Shown one piece after another: positions 6,495-11,984 of a DNA stretch of 11,984 bases. A model generated the notes under the pieces. It saw nothing but the letters and a program-made list of their open reading frames with translations. It was not told the DNA's origin and searched no databases. Position numbers and translations under genes: made by a program. The DNA is from an uncultured archaeon (GTDB lineage: Archaea; Hadarchaeota; Hadarchaeia; Hadarchaeales; Hadarchaeaceae), in assembly GCA_937921735.1 (NCBI GenBank), contig CAKZTQ010000054.1, positions 1 to 11,984 on the forward strand. Direction: 5' to 3'. Numbering within the stretch: the first letter of the stretch is position 1; each line of letters opens with the position of its first letter.

Positions 6495-9400
6495 TCACTT
6501 CCCGGCTGACCCAATCGTGCGGCGCCTGAACACCCCTGATCCTGCGGTACCAAAGTAGATCCATCTGCCGTCTGCTGAGAATGTCATAGTATTCGTGACG
6601 TTGTTCCCATTGGTGCCCACCCGCAAGTTTGCTAGCCCAGCATTCCAAGCCGACCAAGAAGCCCCGCAATTCCGACTCACGAACACACCGTCGAACTGTG
6701 TGGCGAGGTATAGAACATCCGGGGCCACAGGGTCCACCAAGATCTTGTAGAACTCCTGGTTAAGGTTGAGCCCGCTCGTAATCGGCGTCCAATGGAGGCC
6801 TCCATCCGTGCTCTTCATGACCGTGCCATGGAAACCTTCGCGTCCTGTCCCTTCGTTTTCGCCGTTCTTGGAGCACGCATACATCACGTTCGGGTCACGG
6901 GGATCAAAAGCGATCGAAAACACCCACTGCTCGCCTGGCCACCCTGCGTCGCGCACTTCCCAGTGAGCGCCGGCGTCCTTGGATACCATTAGGCCGTTGT
7001 ATGTCCCAGCATAGATTATGTCTGTGTTCTGGGGGTGGAAGACCAGAGTGAAGACCCCGTCGTTCGGCCAGCCCGGATTCGTCTCCTGCCAGGTTCGTCC
7101 TCCATCGCGACTAACATAAACGCCAGCTGGGAATGTCCCAAAGTAGATGACGTTGGGATCTGTGGGATGGAACAACACAGATGAGTACTGGTACAGAGGC
7201 CTGTTGTTCCAAATCGGCCAGAAAACTCCGAACTCGTCGAACGCAGGTAACTGAAGCCAGGAAGCCGCATACCTTGGATCAATCTGGTAGACCTCGTACC
7301 CTAGCGTCCCCGCAAGTAGCTGCCCGGTGGATGCCATTACCAGTGTCCGGACCTGGCGTATCCCCAGCCCGAGAGAGAAATCAGTCCAGGTAGCACCACC
7401 GTCGGTCGTGTGGAACACGCCTTCCTCGGCTGCAACATATACCGTGTCAGGGCTTCGAGGATCGACCAGAATATCGTAGATGTGCTTTCCGAACATGAAG
7501 TTACCCGCACCATTGGCCGAGACATCGAAGTCCATTCCGTCGCATGACTTGTAGATCCCCTTGCCCCAGGTCCCAAGCCAGACCTCGTTCGGATCCGCCG
7601 GGTCAAGTGCGAACCTGTAATACCCATGACGATGCGGATCAGCGACGACCACGCTGGGCGTCAAAAAGTTCTTGTCGTAGAACGTTGCTCCCCCGTCATC
7701 GGAGCGGAACAGCCCCCCTGGATTCGCGCCAACGAAAATCCTCTTGGAGTTCGTAGGATCGACCTGGATCTGCAAGCTATGGACCTCAGGGACAGGCTTG
7801 TTGCTGCGCGTAGGCTTCCATGTCACTCTCCAGCTCCACAGGTCCACGTCACCCGAGTACACCCCACACCCTTGAGTTCCCACATACACCTTGTCTCCCC
7901 CGAGGCCACAGGAGGTGAGGACGGTTGTTCCCAATCCGGTGTTGAACGCCTTCCACGTCTGACCACCGTCCGTGCTCACCTGCAGCCCGTCGTCCAGCGC
8001 TGCAGCAAACAACACGAGGTGGTTCCGCGGGTGGATGCGAATTGCCCGACACTCGTTGCTGGTCTGGAGGATCTGCGTCCACGTCATCCCTGCATCTGTT
8101 GACTTATACACGCCCGCGGTGTCGCGGAACGTGTACCCCGTTGGTGGCATGACCCACGCGGGAACCTCGCCAGCGAGCCCGCATGCGTAGAGGATCCTCG
8201 GTTCTACGGGATCAACCTCGATGTCGTAGGCACCAGTGTCAGGGAATGACTGCAACTCGACCCAGGTAGTACCGCCATCCGTGGACTTGAACGCCCCGTG
8301 GATGTGCGTCGTAACGTACAACGTCCTAGGGTTGGTGGGATCAACCGCGATGTCAAGAACACTCCGTGGCAGGATCCCGGTGATGTCTCTCCACGTCTTT
8401 CCGGAGTCATCAGATCTAAAGAGGCGGCCTTTGTGCGCGTTGCCCACAACTTCGAACGTCGCGGCATAGAGTGTTCGGCCGTCTGCAAGGACGCGGTTGA
8501 CAAGAAACGCACCCTCTAAGCTAAAGTCCGCCAAAACCGACCATGTACTCCCGGCGTCCATGGATCGCCATATCTTGGGGCTGGTGCGGTCCGAAAGGGA
8601 GATCACGTACGGGTTACGCGGGTCGATGCTGAGCGAGGTCCCAGAGAGCGGTGCCCCGGAGAGCAGGGTCCAGTTGGCGCCAGCGTCGGTCGTCTTCCAC
8701 GTTCCGCCAAGCCACGTCGTGATGTAGACAGTCGTCGCGTTCTGGGGATCCACTACAAGCTGAGGCTGTCCCCACACTGTGAGCATCGTAAACTGCTCGT
8801 TGAGCTTCATCCATGAAGAACCGCCGTTCACAGACCTATAAATTTCCCCTCGGCTTCCCACACTTGCCGCATAGAGTGTAGTCGGTTGCCTCGTATCAAA
8901 AACAATTGACGTAATACCCCTGGACTTCGGCACAGTGAGGACAGTAATCCATGACTCCCCTCCGTCCGTTGTGCGCCGGATCATCGCGAAGTCCTGGAAT
9001 GGTTTGGGAAGGGAGCCCACAAGGACAGTGTTAGCGTTCTGCGGATGGACGACAATGCTGTAAGCGTAATCTACCTCGCTCGTGCGAAGGAAGGTCCACG
9101 TGGATCCCGCATCTCGTGAGTACCAGATACCAAAACCGTTCTTCAGTGCATAAATCACGCTCGGATCAGATGGTGCTATCGCCAGGGCGTAGATGGAGCC
9201 AAATCGGAAGCCACTGCCACCTCTCCGAGGGTTGATTGTGAGGTTCCAGGTCAGCCCGTCATCCCGACTCACGAATACCTGGCCGACGTCCGCAACCTGC
9301 CAGACCTCACCTGCAACGGGAGTCCGAAACGTTAGCTCATCGGCAAATGGATGAGACAGCCCGTTGCCGGTGACCCAAGTCCAGGTCGCCCCTCCATCTG

Positions 9401-10613
9401 TTGTGCGAAACGTGCCTTCTCCGCTTACAGCTGCCGCGAGGAGCTCGTCCGCCTTCACAGGATGTGCCGCGAGCAGAAACACCGAAGTATTTGTGATGCC
9501 GTTGTTGCAGCGCTTCCAGGTGATTCCACCATCCGTTGTCCTCACAATCCCTGTACCGAAAGCGAGTGCAGCGTACATGATCTTCTCGTTCTGCGAATGG
9601 AAAGCCAAAGATGTTGGAGTCCCACTCGCGTCCTTCTGAACCGGCTGGAAGTACCTAGTCCAAGTCCGGCCTCGGTCCGAGGATCGCCAGCTACTGACGT
9701 ACAGGATCCCTGAAGGAGACTTTCCGAGTATAACGGTCTCCTCCTTACCAGGAAAGGTGGGCACAGAGTTCCACGTTCTCCCCGCATCCTGAGTTTTGAA
9801 GAGGCACGGGGAAAACATGATGTTATCGCAGCTACCCAGACCCACCCAAGCCTCACTCGGATTACTTGGGTCCAGGAAGACGCTGTAGATGAAGGTACGA
9901 GACGGCTTTCCAAGGTTAACGCGTGACCATGTTCGACCCGCGTTGCTACTATGGTACAAGTGCCCATCAAGTTCTCCCGTCTGGTCAGAGGTGCCGGCAT
10001 ACACCTCGTTGCCAAAGACGGCTACGGCTCGCACGGCCTGGTGGCGTTCCAGATTTATTTGACCGGTCACGTTCGTCCAGGTATCTCCCCCGTTCGTGGT
10101 CTTGTATATAGCTCCCGGGGTTGTCTCGGGGCAATGAGAGTAGGTCCCCGCGTAGAGTGTGGTTGGGTTACTCGGATCCATTACCAGAGCAAGGACGTTC
10201 AAATGGCAATCTCGGATCCCATTGTTCACCCGGCGCCAGGTTGTGCCTCCATCTGTCGTTCGCAAGACACCAATCACACCAGCACAGTAAATCGTATCTG
10301 GTCTCTGAGGATCGATCAGGAGGCTGTGAAGAACACTTTCCGGAGGACAATCAGGTATGGCTTGGAACTGCCAGGTTTCACCACCATCCACTGTCTTGTA
10401 CACCCCGCCCCCTTTGCCCGAGGCATAGAGCATATTGGAATCGGTCGGGTGCTGCACAACCGAAGCCATAGGTGCACCAGTCGGTCCCCCCGTGCGCTCC
10501 CAGGGAGGTTCGGCCACCTGCGCTCCCAGAGGTAGAGACACAATGATAAATAGGACTCCGCCAATGACCTTTAGCTTTTCGCTAGGATGTAACAGCCATC
10601 GAAGACCACTCAT
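6495..10613 (-). CDS. Large secreted BNR/Asp-box repeat multi-beta-propeller protein (VPS10 / GH74-like), ~1372 aa
   Basis: About 24 S/T-x-D/N-G/A-G-x-T/S-W Asp-boxes alternate with (L/I)x(V/I)DPxxPxxxY motifs over the whole length. The preferred start is ATG 10613, with AAGGAG 10 nt upstream and a hydrophobic signal KVIGGVLFIIVSLPLGA-Q followed by WERTGGPTG. The ORF track extends it to 10793. Confidence 0.92.
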   Translation of the reverse strand: MSGLRWLLHPSEKLKVIGGVLFIIVSLPLGAQVAEPPWERTGGPTGAPMASVVQHPTDSNMLYASGKGGGVYKTVDGGETWQFQAIPDCPPESVLHSLLIDPQRPDTIYCAGVIGVLRTTDGGTTWRRVNNGIRDCHLNVLALVMDPSNPTTLYAGTYSHCPETTPGAIYKTTNGGDTWTNVTGQINLERHQAVRAVAVFGNEVYAGTSDQTGELDGHLYHSSNAGRTWSRVNLGKPSRTFIYSVFLDPSNPSEAWVGLGSCDNIMFSPCLFKTQDAGRTWNSVPTFPGKEETVILGKSPSGILYVSSWRSSDRGRTWTRYFQPVQKDASGTPTSLAFHSQNEKIMYAALAFGTGIVRTTDGGITWKRCNNGITNTSVFLLAAHPVKADELLAAAVSGEGTFRTTDGGATWTWVTGNGLSHPFADELTFRTPVAGEVWQVADVGQVFVSRDDGLTWNLTINPRRGGSGFRFGSIYALAIAPSDPSVIYALKNGFGIWYSRDAGSTWTFLRTSEVDYAYSIVVHPQNANTVLVGSLPKPFQDFAMIRRTTDGGESWITVLTVPKSRGITSIVFDTRQPTTLYAASVGSRGEIYRSVNGGSSWMKLNEQFTMLTVWGQPQLVVDPQNATTVYITTWLGGTWKTTDAGANWTLLSGAPLSGTSLSIDPRNPYVISLSDRTSPKIWRSMDAGSTWSVLADFSLEGAFLVNRVLADGRTLYAATFEVVGNAHKGRLFRSDDSGKTWRDITGILPRSVLDIAVDPTNPRTLYVTTHIHGAFKSTDGGTTWVELQSFPDTGAYDIEVDPVEPRILYACGLAGEVPAWVMPPTGYTFRDTAGVYKSTDAGMTWTQILQTSNECRAIRIHPRNHLVLFAAALDDGLQVSTDGGQTWKAFNTGLGTTVLTSCGLGGDKVYVGTQGCGVYSGDVDLWSWRVTWKPTRSNKPVPEVHSLQIQVDPTNSKRIFVGANPGGLFRSDDGGATFYDKNFLTPSVVVADPHRHGYYRFALDPADPNEVWLGTWGKGIYKSCDGMDFDVSANGAGNFMFGKHIYDILVDPRSPDTVYVAAEEGVFHTTDGGATWTDFSLGLGIRQVRTLVMASTGQLLAGTLGYEVYQIDPRYAASWLQLPAFDEFGVFWPIWNNRPLYQYSSVLFHPTDPNVIYFGTFPAGVYVSRDGGRTWQETNPGWPNDGVFTLVFHPQNTDIIYAGTYNGLMVSKDAGAHWEVRDAGWPGEQWVFSIAFDPRDPNVMYACSKNGENEGTGREGFHGTVMKSTDGGLHWTPITSGLNLNQEFYKILVDPVAPDVLYLATQFDGVFVSRNCGASWSAWNAGLANLRVGTNGNNVTNTMTFSADGRWIYFGTAGSGVFRRRTIGSAGK

Positions 10614-11018
10614 TGGGGCAACTCTCCTTGCCCAGCCTCGCCGGGCTTGTTTCAACGCACTGTAATGCTCCGCCTGACCGCAGAGCAACTTGGCTCGAGT
10701 CTGCTTCTGTTCACACTCAACGACCACACGAAGCCGACCCGCATTTGCTCTCGGAGCCCAAGGTTTGCGCGGGCGACCAACTACACATGCCAAACCTCGG
10801 AAGTCATTATCGCCGCGGTCTTCCAGAGACGTAGCGTGTTAATGACTTGGACGCATTTGGCACCGGAAACCTGCGCGGAGCGGCTATCGTACCTGGCCGG
10901 ACAGCGGGGCCTCGGAGGTGCACCCTCGTGGGGTGGAGAGAGCGGCGATGCGCTGCTACAAGCCGTGGAACACCCCTCGGTAGGCAATCGTGTAACTTCC
11001 AACCACAGGGAAAGCGTA

Positions 11019-11511
11019 ATGTTCACCTACCACATGCAGGAAGCCCTCCTTAGGTCGCGGACCATCTTCTGGTGGCTGCCGATCAGCGTCAGCCTGGTGC
11101 TTCTCCATAATATCGTAAAGTTAGGGGCCCAGCAGGGGACTCCTCGCCTCAGAAGTGAGCCGCGCTGGGTGGTACGGGTTGGATAACGTGCTCACCACAA
11201 TGGCAGCGGGGATAGTTGGGGTGGTGATCGTCGCTGTTCCACTGCTGCCGGATCCGGATCGGTCCAACACTCGCCTCGGTGGCATCGCGCTCCCGGCGGT
11301 TGCCGCCTTGATGATCACCTCCCTAATATGGGCGCGGATCAGTTGGGTCCAGACGCTGCTTAGAGCCATTCGCCCGGAGGCAATGCCTGAACAATGCTGG
11401 AAAGTCAAACAGAGAGGATCCAGGCAGATCGACCTGCGCGAAAAGAACTTGTTCCACGCACTGCCACCTATCTCAATGATCGACGGGATGGAGTGGATTG
11501 CGTATCCGTGA
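11019..11511 (+). pseudogene. Possible small membrane protein (about 3 TM segments) split by a frameshift near 11176-11178
   Basis: The frame from ATG 11019 has IFWWLPISVSLVLLHNIV and stops at 11186. The overlapping frame continues LDNVLTTMAAGIVGVVIVAVPLL..LGGIALPAVAALMITSLIWA. Removing one G from GGG joins them. No family recognised. Confidence 0.4.
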
Positions 11512-11881
11512 TCCTGGGCCAGGCGCTCGATCGCGCTGCGCGCTGAGGCAAAGTCGAACGTGTACGAGTAGGTTTTTCCGAACAGCTTGGACTGCTCGGC
11601 GATGTTCCCCTCGCGGGAGCCCCTCTTGGTCCTGTACGTCTCCCTCTTGAACTCGAACCCGCTCTCCGGGGCCAGGCCAGAGCCGGTCTTCGTGAGGGAC
11701 TCCGAGAGGTGGACCTCCCGTTTCTTCTCATCCATTTGCACCATGGCCCTGTAGACGAGCTTTCTCCGAGAGAGGAAGCCCTTCCGCTCGGCGAGGACCT
11801 TCGTGAACTCGATCGTCCCGCCCCTTCCGCGCACCTCGCCCCGAACGATGCCAGAGTCCGAAGCAGCTCCTCCCCCAGCAC
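11468..11881 (-). CDS. Hypothetical protein (~130-140 aa) with an apparent frameshift near 11839-11842; 3' end unresolved
   Basis: GTG 11881 follows an SD-like AAGGGGGTG and reads MLGEELLRTLASFG. Adding one G to the G4 run joins EVRGRGGTIEFTKVLAERKGFLSRRKLVYRA..EGNIAEQSKLFGKTYSYTFDFASARSAIERLAQDHGY, which has high-GC3 codons and globular composition. The part of ORF 11121-11906 after about 11490 looks like read-through on the antisense strand of the neighbouring sequence. Confidence 0.6.
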   Translation of the reverse strand: MLGEELLRTLASFGARCAEGAGRSSSRRSSPSGRASSLGESSSTGPWCKWMRRNGRSTSRSPSRRPALAWPRRAGSSSRGRRTGPRGAPARGTSPSSPSCSEKPTRTRSTLPQRAARSSAWPRITDTQSTPSRRSLR

Positions 11882-11984
11882 GGGGCACCCCCTTCGGCCT
11901 CGCCATGGAACAGCAACCGGTCCCCAGGGCTAGAAGAACCGCTACCCCTCTACGGCATACCCACCGCGGTCACGGCAGAAAAAG

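Noticed and set aside
6495-10613. Recurrent short DNA similarities (e.g. CCAGGT..C.CC.TC) and many short overlapping ORFs
   Set aside because: These come from the encoded Asp-box repeats and antisense shadows. There is no constant repeat-spacer structure, so it is not a CRISPR array.
10614-10793. 60-aa N-terminal extension of the 1432-aa ORF
   Set aside because: It is a charged, non-signal-like sequence. The SD and hydrophobic signal fit ATG 10613 better.

Overview
This window is a decaying accessory region of lower GC between two high-GC, host-like genes: a NudB-like Nudix hydrolase on the left and a frameshifted hypothetical gene on the right. The interior has two intact, large, minus-strand genes for secreted proteins. 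One is about 586 aa, with an unrecognised Cys-containing N-domain, a beta-helix-like core and a small C-terminal beta-sandwich. The other is about 1372 aa, a BNR/Asp-box (VPS10/GH74-like) multi-beta-propeller protein. Around them are several elements that the ORF track misses or shows only in pieces: a heavily eroded RAYT/Y1 HUH transposase, a secreted CARDB-type gene (CTG start inside a hairpin, one frameshift, own terminator), two directly oriented defective IS256 copies with recognisable terminal inverted repeats, the 3' end of a third, oppositely oriented IS256, and small gene remnants. I saw no rRNA, tRNA, CRISPR array or integrase. All family assignments come from motif recognition by eye; no database search was run.
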